Origin: Octopus sinensis
Lineage: Eukaryota
DNA length: 64,000 nt
Direction: 5' to 3'
Assembly: GCF_006345805.1 (NCBI RefSeq)
Contig: NC_043013.1
Span: 33,542,001 to 33,606,000, forward strand
Of the stretch, positions 26,135 through 38,856 are shown one piece after another; the stretch's first letter is position 1, and each line of letters opens with the position of its first letter. The position numbers were made by a program, and so were the translations under genes. The notes beneath the pieces are model-generated. The model saw only the letters and a list, made by a program, of their open reading frames with translations, searched no databases and was not told the origin of the DNA.

Positions 26135-26388
26135 ATATAAATGCACCCTTTTAAAGCCTAGCCAAGCTCATGGGGCCGGTTTCCCGGTTTCAATGGCTTA
26201 TGTGTTCCCCAGTTGGATGGGTGCCAGCGCATCGTAGCATTACTCATTTTTGCAAGCTGAGTGGACTGGAGCAACGTGAAATGAAGAGTTTTGCTCAAGA
26301 ACACAACGCATCGCCCGGTCCAGTAATCGAAACCACAACCTTACGATCATGAGTTCAACACCCTAACCACTCAGGCACGCATCTCCAC
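26135..26388 (-). mobile_element. tRNA-derived SINE family C
   Basis: Minus strand: A box GCCTGAGTGGTTAGG, B box GTTTCGATTAC, then TTGTGTTCTTGAGCAAAAC...TTTCACGTTGCTCCAGT, shared with 35603-35925. Confidence 0.75.
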
Positions 26389-26427
26389 CATTATACTATT
26401 TTACAAACTATATATTTCTGTTTTATA

Positions 26428-26580
26428 CATCACTTAGCGGTTCGGCAAAAGAGACCGATAGAATAAGTACTGGGCTTACAAAGAATAAATCCCGGGGTCG
26501 ATTTGCTCGACTAAAAAGGCGGTGCTCCAGCATGGCCGCAGTCAAATGACTAAAACAAGTAAAAGAAAAAAAATAAAAGA
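26428..26580 (+). mobile_element. SINE family A 3' body fragment
   Basis: TTAGCGGTTCGGCAAAAGAGACCGATAGAATAAGTAC...CCAGCATGGCCGCAGTCAAATGAC. Confidence 0.8.
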
Positions 26581-26845
26581 AAATATATATGTAAATGTAT
26601 GGATATTGTAACAAATTTTCTAGACATATTATTGAATAATCCGAGAGAAGAGTCATAAAAAAAATTATTATTCCTTAAGTTAATCTTCTTCATTTATTTA
26701 ACTGTTTATGTTAAGAAACGTTATTCCATAAATTAAGAGGGAAAAAATTAACAATGCCAAAGCCAGTAATTTCCTGCTAATTCATATTCAATATGGCATA
26801 TATTTTTTTGGTGTGTATGTGTGTGTGTACGTATATATTTATTCC

Positions 26846-27248
26846 TTCACTCTTTCACTTGTTTCAGTCATTTGACTACGGCCATGCCGGAGCACCGACT
26901 TTAGTCGAACAAATCGACCTCAGGATTTATTCTTTGCAAGCCCAGTACGTATTCTATCGGTCTCTTTAGCCGAACCGCTCTGTTACGGGAATGTAAGCAC
27001 ACCAACAAGTGGTTGTCAAGCGATGGTGGGGGGAACAAACACAGACACATACACAAATACACACATACAAAAAATATACACATACACACATATTCGACAA
27101 GCTCTTTTCAGTATCTGTATACCAAATCCACTCATAAGGCTTTGGTCGGCCTGAGGATATAGTAGAAGACACTTGCCCAAGGAGCCACGCAATGAGACTG
27201 AACTTGGAACCATATGGTTGAGAAGCAAGCTACTTACCACACAGCTAC
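26846..27248 (-). mobile_element. Near full-length SINE family A (head, CA-rich spacer, body)
   Basis: tRNA-like head at 27095-27248, CA-rich spacer at 27040-27090, body at 26846-27035. Confidence 0.85.
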
Positions 27249-28496
27249 ACACACTGCACTTCTATTACTTACATTTGCGGTTACGCTACTACAATACATG
27301 TAGTATTTATGTGCGTGGGCATTGTGTGTGCTAGTGTTGTTGGGTGTACGTATGCACGTGAAACTGTATGCTTGTATGTGTGTGTGTGAGAGACAGTGTG
27401 TGTGAATACGTGTGAGTGAATATGTGCGCGTGCGTATATGCACCCATACTAGCGCCCACAATGCACCCGTAGGAACTAACACAAGCACTCACACATATAG
27501 AACCAGTACAATCTCAACGCATTCATGCATCTTGTATATGCATACACACACATACACACTCATACATGCACGCACTCACACACACTCCGGCTTTACTTTT
27601 GCCATATCCAGACACCTGGTCACCACGGGGTCAAAGAGATTCCCCTTTCAAAAGAACTGTTGTCGCTGCGCTATTGATATTTTTCACAACACCATGTGCA
27701 CCCCATGACTTATAGCAGCCTGCCATCCGGTAGCCATCTTGAACTTCCTGTATCGCTCCATACGGCTTTCTAAAGCATAGAAGACGGGCTTCTGTTAGGG
27801 GCTTGTCAAACTTCAAGTCACATCGAACCGTATCAAACTGTCTTGTCATTGCGTCGGTAACGCTTTCACGTGATTAGAGAAAAAGAGGGAGTAAGAAAAG
27901 AAGGAAAGAGAAAAAGAGGGGAGAAAGGAAAAGAAGAAGAGGGAAGCGTCCATGAGGTAAGGTAGTGGGAATGTCATTTTAAGGCTTTCACGTGATTAGT
28001 TGAAAAGAAAGAGAGGAGAGAGAAAGGGGATAAAGTGAAGAATGAGACAGAAAGAGGGAGAAAGAAAAAGAGGGTGAGAGAAGCGTCTATGATGTGAGGT
28101 AAGGGGAATGTAATATTTATTACGTGGTTTGAAAAGTTAATTGAAAATTGAGGAGTAGAATTAAAAGTATCATTTTAGCAGAGGGGTGATGTTCTGATGG
28201 CGTGCTTAAACAAAGGCAGGAGAGAGAGAGAAGGAGAGAGAGAAGGAGAGAGAGAAAGGAAGGGAGAGAGGGAGAGAGAGATGATAATGATGATGGTGGT
28301 CGAAGTGGTGATTAAGTAGTGAAAAGTGTATTCTTTAAAAACTGAACTAATTTTTTTATATCACCTATCGCTTAACGCATACGCATAAGTGTAATTCCGT
28401 GAAGTATTCACGCTTTTTTTACGTGGAAGATATATGCAATTTAACTAAAGATTGTATCATATGTACTGGATATTTCTTTTCTTGTTTATGGGAAAA

Positions 28497-28745
28497 ATGG
28501 AAAAATAAAAGTGAATATTTATTTTATGAGTGCTGTGTACTAATTCTATAAAACTGTGCATAAAGTATACAAAATGTATATATAATTCGAATTAAATAAT
28601 CATCTTATTTCAATTTCTTTCACTTTTCAGTGAGCAGGAGATGAGCGACTATTTTCCTATACAGACACAACACAGGCTACGCTTTCAGGATTTTTGGATA
28701 AAATTTTCAGTTTTACCATTAATTCCGTGAAATATTCACGGGTCG
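28497..28745 (+). repeat. Dispersed repeat, copy 1 (copy 2 at 30949-31174), ending in a hairpin
   Basis: Shared AAATAAAAGTGAATAT...CACTTTTCAGTGA..AGGAGATGAGCGACTATTTTCC.ATACAGACACAACACAGG. Hairpin CCGTGAA-ATA-TTCACGG at 28725-28741. Confidence 0.75.
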
Positions 28746-28795
28746 CGCAAATTTTAAATAAAACAGGTAACTTTTACTAAATATGTTGAGTGCCC

Positions 28796-29270
28796 TTTTC
28801 TTTCGTTTGTCCACTCACTCGTTGTATACATAGATGATGGCCGTCCAATCGTGACCGAAGAAGAACATTGCTTACATTTATGAACATTGTGCGCTCTAGG
28901 CCTAACTTTATATTTTGCATTTGCGGCTCCGTTGGTAGCTAATGAGCTCTGCTCTTGACAAATATGCACGACTACAAATATTGCGGACAAAGCTTTTCCC
29001 ATTCACTACCCCAGCAGTGAAATTTCGAGCAGCATGCTTAAGTTCTTCCGACCCCCACCTCCTTAACCTGCTTCCTTCATCTGTGGTGACGATAGACTTT
29101 ATTCTACTAGTCAGTCTCCTGCCTATCACAGGCTTTAATGGGGATTTGACACGGTCCTTAAATCGCAGCCTTGTTTCTGCCAGGTTTCTTTCCATTCACA
29201 AGTTCCGTATACAGCATCTGCTTAGGGATCCTGCTATCCTTCATTCTAATAAGGTGTCCAGTCCAACATA
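28796..29270 (-). mobile_element. RTE LINE 3' end
   Basis: Minus strand LCWTGHLIRMKDSRIPKQMLYTELVNGK, LRFKDRVKS and ICSRAYLSRAELISYQRS. The terminal GGACAAAC motif is shared with the RTE end at 19560. Confidence 0.8.
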
Positions 29271-29484
29271 GAGAATGGTGTCAAGCAGGGTGATATCCTT
29301 GCCCCCCCCCACTCTCTTTTCTTTGTACTTTGCTGCTGCCTTTACTCATGCTTCTGCTAAGGTTAGCTCTCTGGGAATATATGTCAGATATCGATCTTCT
29401 GGTCGCCTCTTTAATCTGCGCCGATTTGTTGCCAACTCGAAAGGTTTCCAGTCTCTTATTAGTGACCATCTTTATGCAGATGAC
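29271..29484 (+). mobile_element. RTE RT fragment, inverted relative to the adjacent RTE 3' end
   Basis: ENGVKQGDILAP/PTLFSLYF...GIYVRYRSSGRLFNLRRF...HLYADD. Confidence 0.85.
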
Positions 29485-29497
29485 ATACATACATACA

Positions 29498-29575
<78 letters not shown>

Positions 29576-29623
29576 CCTATATATCTCTCAATCTATTTGT
29601 CTATGAATCTATCTATCTCTCTG

Positions 29624-29661
<38 letters not shown>

Positions 29662-30319
29662 CATGTGTGTGTGTGTGTGTATGTGTGTGTGTGTGGGGGG
29701 GGCGCTACTGGTAACATGTAACCCAATACAACCTGTTGCATGGTCGGGTCCTCGACGTCTAAACTGGTGACCCTATCAAGCTTGCTTGCTTGTGAGGAGA
29801 GTCATTGTTGGACATCATGTAGGATGAAATATAAGTCCCGTCACAGGGCGGAAGTGCTCATGAGCAGTCAGCGACCATCCAGTAATATGTCTATATGTGT
29901 ATTTATGCACGGGGACGTGGAAAGAATTAGGATAGTGTCCAGGCGCGCACGTGATCCACTTGCAGTAGGGGTCACTTCTGTTGTGGTCATGACATTTCTC
30001 TAAGAGAGGTAAACTCTGAGAGAAAACCTGCGACACTGACAATGTTCGATGACGTAAACTAGTTCTTCCTTTCGAGTTTATACTGTCCGTATTCTAACAG
30101 TGGGATTGGATTTGTACAAATGCTTTCCCAATTATAATAAATCATCACGCACAGGCATCGATTGAAAAAAGTAAGACCTATCGTAAAAATGGCACGTGAT
30201 AGCTTTCTCATGTGTGGGACTTTCGATCACACTATGGAAATACTCGAACACTAGTCTGCACCCACCATGTATGTATGTATGTATGTATGTATGTATGTAT
30301 GTATGTATGTATGTATGTA

Positions 30320-30352
<33 letters not shown>

Positions 30353-30483
30353 TATGTATGTATGTATGTATGTATGTATGTGTGTATGTATGTATGTGTG
30401 TATGTATGTATGTATGTATGTATGTTTGCATGTATGAATATATGTATGTATATATTTATGCATGTATGCATCTATATATGTTA

Positions 30484-30868
30484 TACTAGCAGTATCGCCC
30501 GGCGTTGCTCAGGTTTGTAAGGGAAATAACTATAAAGCATTTTTAGAGAGTTATAGCCAAAAAATAGCAAAAAAATGGGAAAAAATGATGGTAAATTTTT
30601 TTTTTAGTTAAAAAAGGTGGAGTTGCGTCCCCTAGACAGTTTGCGGTTTGTGTTTCTGATTCTCGACCCCATGTCGAATTTATCGATTTTTTTCAGAACT
30701 GGGGGAACTTTTCAAAATTTTCGCTGCGTTAGTTTTGAATTATGACATTGGGCTATGTGTGTGTCAAGTTTCATCAGAATCGGTTGAAAGCCGTGGTCAG
30801 GGTGAGGGTACAAGCAAACAGACACACAGAAAACGCACAGACAAACTGCCGTTTATATAGAGAGAGAT
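30484..30868 (+). mobile_element. Non-autonomous Helentron/HINE-like (DINE-1/Lep1-type) element
   Basis: Starts TACTAGCAGTATCGCCCGGCGTTGCTC. Has the late AAGTTTCATCAGAATCGG motif, an ACAGAC-type short repeat and a TTTATATAGAG end, typical of HINEs (from memory). Confidence 0.65.
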
Positions 30869-30948
30869 GTATGTATGTATGTATGTATGTACGTTGTATA
30901 TATTTACGTATATTGTATGTATGTATGCATGAATGTATGTATGAATGT

Positions 30949-31174
30949 ATGGAGAAATAAAAGTGAATATATATTTTATGAGTGCATAAAGTATACAAAG
31001 TCTATATATAAAGCGAATTAAGTAATTATCGTAATACAGTTTCTTTCACTTTTCAGTGAATAGGAGATGAGCGACTATTTTCCCATACAGACACAACACA
31101 GGCGACGCTTTTAGGTTTTTTGGATATAGGTTTCAGAAATAACCCTTTAGGTTTACCATTAATTCCGTGAAATA
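30949..31174 (+). repeat. Dispersed repeat, copy 2 of 28497-28745
   Basis: Direct alignment by eye; truncated inside the hairpin (CCGTGAAATAC). Confidence 0.75.
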
Positions 31175-31357
31175 CACATACATGTATGCATGTATGCATA
31201 TATATATATATACATATATATATTATATTAAATTAGAGATAAAACCACTATTAGGCAAATCAAACAATGAAAAACAAGCCAATACATAAAATTAATTATT
31301 TATATTATTTTAAATATATATCAAAAGTATCAAAAGTTTAATAAAAGATAAAGAGTA

Positions 31358-31430
31358 AAACGCTACGATCGTTTCATGGCTGTACAATTCGTAATAATTC
31401 GAGTTATGGTTACAGTCAATCTTCAGGTAA
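31358..31430 (-). ncRNA. Minimal type I hammerhead-like motif with palindromic stem III
   Basis: Minus strand CTGAAGA, stem II TGACTGTA/TACAGCCA, GAAAC-GATC-GTA. ACGATCGT is a perfect palindrome; stem I is weak. Confidence 0.5.
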
Positions 31431-31584
31431 TTGAAATATTTAGGTTTAGCAATATATATATATATGTATGTGTATATATATGTGTGTGTGTGTCTGTGTG
31501 TATATATATATATATGTATATGTATTTATGAATGTATGTATGCATGTATGTATGAATGCCTGTCTGTATGTAAGTATGTATATA

Positions 31585-31770
31585 ATCGTCCCAATGCCGA
31601 ATTCGCATTGATGTTTCTGGAAGCGATGGAAGGGAGTTATTATACTTGTATTTAATGGTCTGTACCTTTGCAAAGAAATGGGTGATCGTGTGCCCAATAT
31701 AGAGATCGTTCTTGCATTCATCCATTTCGAATATGTAACTTTGCCTATGAGCATACATATTCATTTGTTC
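31585..31770 (-). pseudogene. Degenerate GIY-YIG-like remnant, probably Penelope
   Basis: SYIFEMDECKNDLYIGHT followed, after a frameshift, by HRFQKHQCEF. It lies just upstream of the hammerhead motif on the same strand. Confidence 0.35.
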
Positions 31771-31841
31771 ACATTTCCATCCGACAATATTATTTCTTCA
31801 TCAGTATATATTACCATCTTTCAGATTCTCCCTCACTCCTC

Positions 31842-31965
<124 letters not shown>

Positions 31966-32173
31966 TGCGCATATGCAAACACAAACAAACGCATGCACAC
32001 GTACATTTATATATTCGGAGGTGTAAAGCAACCTTATACAGACATAGCTATACAGATACATATATACGTATATACATCAATTTCTATAGATCTATGTGTA
32101 CATAAGTAAATGCATATATATATATGCATATATACATATAAATGTATACATTCATGTTTATATGTGAGTGTGC

Positions 32174-32210
<37 letters not shown>

Positions 32211-32635
32211 GAGAGAGAGAGAGAGACACACACATATGCACCCATAGGCACAGACACGCGCATAAACACACACCTAGAACATACACACACATACACTGGC
32301 AAAAATACCTACATAGAATCATATACACATATACATACATATACAAATATACATCTATCTCCATATATCTATGTGAACATATATATATAGGTACATACAT
32401 ACATATAAGCATATATACATGCATATGTATGCATTCATGTAGATATATATCTGTGTGTGTGTATATATACAGACACACATACACACAGATACACACACAT
32501 ACACTCAGAAACATACCTACCCTACACGGATTCATATATGCATATATATATATACATACATACATGTGTATGTGTGTGTGCGCATGTGGATATATTCAAG
32601 GGTACATATATATATATATATATATGCACACACAC

Positions 32636-32640
32636 ACACT

Positions 32641-32738
<98 letters not shown>

Positions 32739-32745
32739 ACACAAA
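32636..32745. repeat. Long (CA)n tract
   Basis: Directly visible. Confidence 0.95.
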
Positions 32746-33485
32746 CACTTATATTCATGGACATGAAGCAATGCTTTATGTTTTTTTCTCTTTACTTTCA
32801 TTTTCAACTAATTTGTCTTGATTGTTTACCATTATAATACCAGCGTTTTTTCCCTCTGTATTTAATTACTTATTCAATTCTCTTTTACTATTTCGCGTAT
32901 AGATTCACATTCAGTATCCTTTCAGGGTTCTGCGCTTAGATTTCTTTCTGATTCTTTTTTTTTTTTCGTATTAATATAATTCAATTAGAATGTATTTGGC
33001 GCCATAAACTAGTAATTGCAGTTACTACTTAACCCGTAAACAGATACAGGTTTCTTTCTAAATTTTTTTTCATTCAGTGCATTGGAATCGATAGTTGGTA
33101 CTCCTCTCCTCTTTCACTCCACCGCCACCACCACTTTTCCTCCACCTCGTCTTCCTTCTTCTTCTTTCTCATCCTCATCCTCCTCCTTCTCATCACAATC
33201 ATGATCACTATCCTCATCGTGGATGCGTTTGTCGCCATGGCCGTCGTCCGCTTTTCGTTATAAGTTTTGAAACTATTTGCTGTCTGTTACATTCAAATAC
33301 CAACGAACGAATAGTCATGACCGCAGGACCAATTGAGCATTTATAGTTCTGTATCTCGAGCGTGTTTAGTGCATACAAATATATGCATGTGCGCAAATAG
33401 TTTATTATAAGTAGCTATCCATATACATTAGTATGTGTATGAGAGTTTACGTATGCATGTATATATGAACGACTGCTTGTATATA

Positions 33486-33786
33486 TGGCTGTGTGGTAAG
33501 AAGCTTGCGTACCAACCACATGGTTCTTGGTTCAGTGCTTGGATAAGAGTCTTTTACTATAGCCTCTGTCTGTGTCCTTGTGCTTATGTTTATCGCCGGC
33601 CATCACCTGACAACCGGTGCTGGTGTGTTTACGTCCTCTCAAGTAAGCTGTTCGGCAGAAAAGACAGGTGGAAAAAGTAGCAGGCTATAAAAATAATAAG
33701 TACTGAGGTAAATACATTCAACTAAATGTTTTTCAAAGCTGTGCACCAGCATAGCCGCAGTCTAATGACCGAAAAATGTAAAAATA
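33486..33786 (+). mobile_element. SINE family A, internally deleted
   Basis: TGGCTGTGTGGTAAGAAGCTTGC...GGTTCAGT head and CAGCAT.GCCGCAGTC.AATGAC tail. Confidence 0.75.
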
Positions 33787-33787
33787 T

Positions 33788-33874
<87 letters not shown>

Positions 33875-33890
33875 CATATATATATATATA

Positions 33891-33924
<34 letters not shown>

Positions 33925-33937
33925 GTATGTATATATA

Positions 33938-34094
33938 TTACTCTTCCTCGACTCTCTCGTCGCTGACACGTCTATCTATCTATCTACATATATATATATA
34001 TATATTATATATATATGTATATATATATATGTATGTATGTATATATATTACTCTTCCTCGACTCTCTCGTCGCTGACACGTCTATCTATCTATC

Positions 34095-34151
<57 letters not shown>

Positions 34152-34190
34152 ATATATTACTCTTCCTCGACTCTCTCGTCGCTGACACGT
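33938..34190. repeat. Three identical 34-bp cores separated by TCTA/TA microsatellite spacers
   Basis: TTACTCTTCCTCGACTCTCTCGTCGCTGACACGT at 33938, 34048 and 34157. Confidence 0.9.
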
Positions 34191-34294
34191 GATCAGAGGG
34201 AAGCCATCTTTCCGGCTACTACCTTCACAAAGACCAAACCAGCTTATTCTCTCTCTTCATAAGCTGTCTCCTTAAGCATTCAGAATAATTTTTA

Positions 34295-34690
34295 ATAGCC
34301 CTCATCGTTTGTTTTTACTGTTTTGCTCTCATTGTCCTGTCTTTTACTGTTTTTAATTTATCATTGTGTTTACTGTCTTGTTATCGCTGTCCTGTTCTTG
34401 TTGCCAGTTTCCCCCTCCGCAAAAAATCCCAAACTTTATTTAATTTGCTTTGCGGGAAGGACTGTTTCCGCTAAGTCACGTCTTGCCCTTACCTTCGAAC
34501 TCGGAGTAGATGAAACAGGGACAACTGAAGAAGGGAAATATTCTTTATGTTGTATGTCTCGTTTCTCTGATTTTCGTTGTTTGAAAAAAGTTCGTTTCTA
34601 TGTTTTGTTTTTACGTTTTCGTTTGTCATTGTGTTCAACATTTTTTTGATATCCTGTACCCATATATGCATGTATATATACATATATATG
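34295..34690 (+). repeat. Unclassified dispersed repeat, copy 2
   Basis: Aligns with 53050-53460 along its length (CCCTCCGCAAAAAATCCCAAA.TTTATTTAATTTGCTTTGCG; GACAACTGAAGAAGGG.AATATTCTTT). Confidence 0.75.
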
Positions 34691-34869
34691 TAGGTGTGTA
34701 CATATATGTATGCATATAAGCATATATCTATATATTATATGTATATATATATATATATAAATATATATAACTTTCCATCTCTATCTATCAATCTCTCTCT
34801 CTCTGTACACACACATACATACATACATACATATATATGCACACATACATACATATATGTATATATATA

Positions 34870-34954
<85 letters not shown>

Positions 34955-35071
34955 TATATATAAAGATGTTTCGTACTGGTTTCATATTGTTGCGTTTTAG
35001 TTTGTTCTGGATTGCATTATTTTAGTTCTCAGTGGTTTAGTTTAGCCTGGTTCTATTTCATATGGTTTAAT

Positions 35072-35314
35072 CACTGGTTCTCAACCATTCATTGTCTTTG
35101 CATCCTTTTGATTCCTACTTTACTCAGGGGGATTCTCATAAACAGTTGATGTTTAAAAAATCCTATAATATTTATATAATTAGATATTATCAGAAACAGT
35201 ATAGAAAATTGTTAAAAGCATAACCAAAGTACTGTGCATAAATTTTAACAAAAAAATTAAAAGAATCTGATATAGATCCCTAAGGACCATGTGGATCCCT
35301 GTTGATAATCACTG
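35072..35314. mobile_element. Possible old hAT (Charlie-type) MITE
   Basis: Ends CACTGGTTCTCAACC and GTTGATAATCACTG are imperfect inverted copies of CAGTGGTTCTCAAC. The 8-bp flanks do not match. Confidence 0.4.
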
Positions 35315-35602
35315 ATTTAGATTGTTTCGCGCTAACTTGCTCCCTTCATTTCGTTGTTATAGCTTGGTTTGCTTATGGTTCTTTCGGTAGTAATTAGAAT
35401 ATTTGATCAATGACTGCAGTTGGATACAGAACCATTTGTTCAAGTGTAGAAACGTAGTCTCTTCCATTGTAAAAATTGCTGTTATTGTATGCTGTTATAG
35501 TGGTGCTTAACTTCAGGTCAGCCATACTCAAGCAGATATGACAGAAAAAGTTCGAGCATTGACAAAGCTGTCTTTCATTCACATAGTACTTAGCTAAGAA
35601 AT

Positions 35603-35925
35603 CACATGGCTCAGTGGTTAAGGCTTCGGGTTCACAGTTATGAGGTAGCGAGTTCCATTCTCAGACTAGGCCGTGTGTTGTGTTCTTGAGCAAGACACTT
35701 TATTTCACGTTGCTCCAGTTTACTCAGCTGTAGAAATGAGTTGCGACATCACTGGTGCCAAGCTGTATCGGCCTTTGCCTTTCCCTTGTATAACATTGGT
35801 GGCTTGGAGAGGGGAGGCTGGTATGCACGGGGGACCGCTAGTTTTCCATAAACACCCTTGCCCGGACTTGTGCCTCAGTGGGTAACTTTCTCGGTGCACT
35901 CCCATGGTCGTTCATGATTGAAGGA
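35603..35925 (+). mobile_element. tRNA-derived SINE family C
   Basis: A box TGGCTCAGTGGTTAAGG, B-box-like GAGTTCCATTC, then GTGTTCTTGAGCAAGACACTTTATTTCACGTTGCTCCAG. Confidence 0.8.
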
Positions 35926-36385
35926 TTTTTAAACTTTTATTTAGCTAAGACTATAGTATCGAGATTATTTTTAAATGTATCATGTCTAATTTGAAGACAA
36001 TATGATTGTTGTCTGTAACAAATTAAGAGATAATGTAGAAGCTCTCTTGCTGACATTTTACATATATTAAGCCATTGAATATTATAAGTTTGAGTTTAAT
36101 GCGATTTGAAATGATTCATTAGAGTGTCCAATAGTGAACACTATATTACTATATTACACTGTTTATTGCATCTACCTTCCATACCAGACAATTTCACCGT
36201 CCATATGCAGAAGACGTTGTCATTATTTGGTCCCTCCGCATGTAAGAAATTTCCTAAAATCACAAATCTCATTGTAGTATCTATAAAATTCACATTGGTA
36301 ACCGTTGCCCTTGGTATAATACGTGCATACCGGCATACACATAAGTGCGCACGCACACACGTGTAGGCAGACGAACAGACAGGCA

Positions 36386-36427
<42 letters not shown>

Positions 36428-36455
36428 TATATATATATATAATATATATATATAT

Positions 36456-36500
<45 letters not shown>

Positions 36501-36716
36501 CATATGTGTGTATGTTTGTGTGTGTGGAATGGTCACAATTGGAACGTTTGCTAACATAGGCCAATTTTATCAGAGCTGACATGAAGACAAATCAACAACA
36601 GGAACAACAACTTCAACTTCAGATTAGTTTTCTCCAGATTTAAAAGTTTTACACTTCAAAAGAAAAAATGGTGTACTGTGATGGTTCCTGTTTCTGTATT
36701 TGTTTCTACGAGATAT

Positions 36717-37134
36717 TCTTTACTACTATAGGCACAAGGCCCGAAAGTTTGGAGAGTCGATTAGCTCGACCCCAGAATGCAACTGGCGCATAATTTAACG
36801 ACCCCGAAAGGATGAAAGGCAAAGTCGACCTCGGCGGAATTTGAACTCAGAACATAACGGCAGACGAAATCCCGGTAAGCATTTCACTCGGCGTGCGCTA
36901 ATGTTTCTTATTTCTTTATAACCCACAAGGGGCTAAACATAGAGGGGACAGAAAAAATACAGACAAACAGATTAAGTCGATTACATCGACCCAGTGCGTA
37001 ACTGGTCCTTAATTTATCGACCCCGAAAGGATGAAAGGCAAAGTCGACCTCGGCGAAATTTGAACTCAGAACGTAGCGGCAGACGAAATGCCAGTAAGCA
37101 TTTCACCCGGCGTGCTAACGTTTCTGCCAGCTCG
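36717..37134 (-). mobile_element. SINE family B dimer
   Basis: Two units; junction ATGTTTC|TTATTTC at 36907/36908. Confidence 0.85.
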
Positions 37135-37719
37135 TTTCCACGAGATATTAGTGGTGTCATGTAAGAGATTCATTGTACACACCAAAACTGGAACAGGGTC
37201 ACGGAATAAAGAAACTTTATTTGGGTATTATTCCTAGTTTAAAGTTACTACGGTTCCTTACCGTTTTAAACTTTCCATCCTATTAAACACATGGTGAATT
37301 TATTTTTAAAGAATGGTACACTAAAACCACTGATATTATCTCTTCTTATCTATTCCGAGCAAGAATTTGAACTAGTCTGCTTTGTGGTTTGCCTAAGGAA
37401 CGACTCTGATAGATTCTCTTCGACAATTTCTTCCACTGCATAACATTACGCGTCTCATTAACCTAAACCCTTTTCAAATTTTCTAAAATAGGTAAAAGTA
37501 AGAGATAAAACGAAATATTCATATGTAAGTTTTGTATTTACCTTCACATAGAAAATCTGAGTTTCTTTTTCGATGACATATCGTTATTGAACTGAAGTAG
37601 ATTTGAAAGTAAATGTTCAAGTAAAACGAACAGTAAAATAACAAGAAGCCATAATTAACTGTGACTAGATTCGCATCAAAAGCTCTTCTCTAAAGATATC
37701 CACCTCGCTTTATCATCAT

Positions 37720-38105
<386 letters not shown>

Positions 38106-38856
38106 CCCTAAAAGATACGCAATATTCCACTTTCTCCTCCTACTGCATAACATCTGAATGATTTTTGAAAATTTGCGTTTAAAATTTCACTTCTTATTCA
38201 GTTTGACTCATCACACACAATTTGTCTGTCCTCATATATAGAAATTTTGCCATTGAATGATGCCAATTTAAATGATGTCTTATTGTAAGACAGCACAAAT
38301 GGTAAGAATTTAGAAATTTCAAAAATAAATAATGAAAAGAAGATGGAAACAGCGCAAAAACAACAAAAGAACAGAAAGTAAATAAAAGAAAAGAGCCATT
38401 AAATGAATAAATGAGTGAATGAAATAAAGAATAAATAAATATATAATTAAATGAATAAGTCAATAAGTCAATAAGTCAAATGAATAGAAAGCAGATCTGA
38501 TAAAGTTTTACAAAATAAATTATCAAGTTAGCTCTTTTAGGCAGAAATAAACAAGATTTCAATTTAAAGCCAACAAAGGCCTTTGGCCTTTTGCATTCTA
38601 AATGTTCCTTATATGGTAACGTATCAAATGGTAAAGCGAGTTGAAATAAATAAATAAAAATGTAAAGAGTATTAAAGAAAGAAAACAAATAAGAAATAGA
38701 AACGATAAGAATTATTCTCTTCTAAAAATGTTTTTTTTTTTGTTTTTGTTTTTGTTGATTTATTTCATGTCGATTTAAGTTGTGAAACTGAAGTATCATT
38801 AAAAAACATACTCGGATCAATTGAGTTATTATCTTATCGACTAATGATTCGCTTAC

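Noticed and set aside
26330-26388. tRNA-like A and B boxes here and at 33486, 35603 and 49437
   Set aside because: No complete cloverleaf, and each continues into a multicopy SINE body. These are SINE heads, not tRNA genes.
29740-30042. Overlapping 75-87 aa ORFs in a GC-balanced island
   Set aside because: No recognisable motif in any frame; mentioned only as unexplained sequence.
33938-34190. CRISPR-like repeat-spacer look
   Set aside because: Eukaryotic context, spacers are pure microsatellite, only three repeats, and no cas genes.
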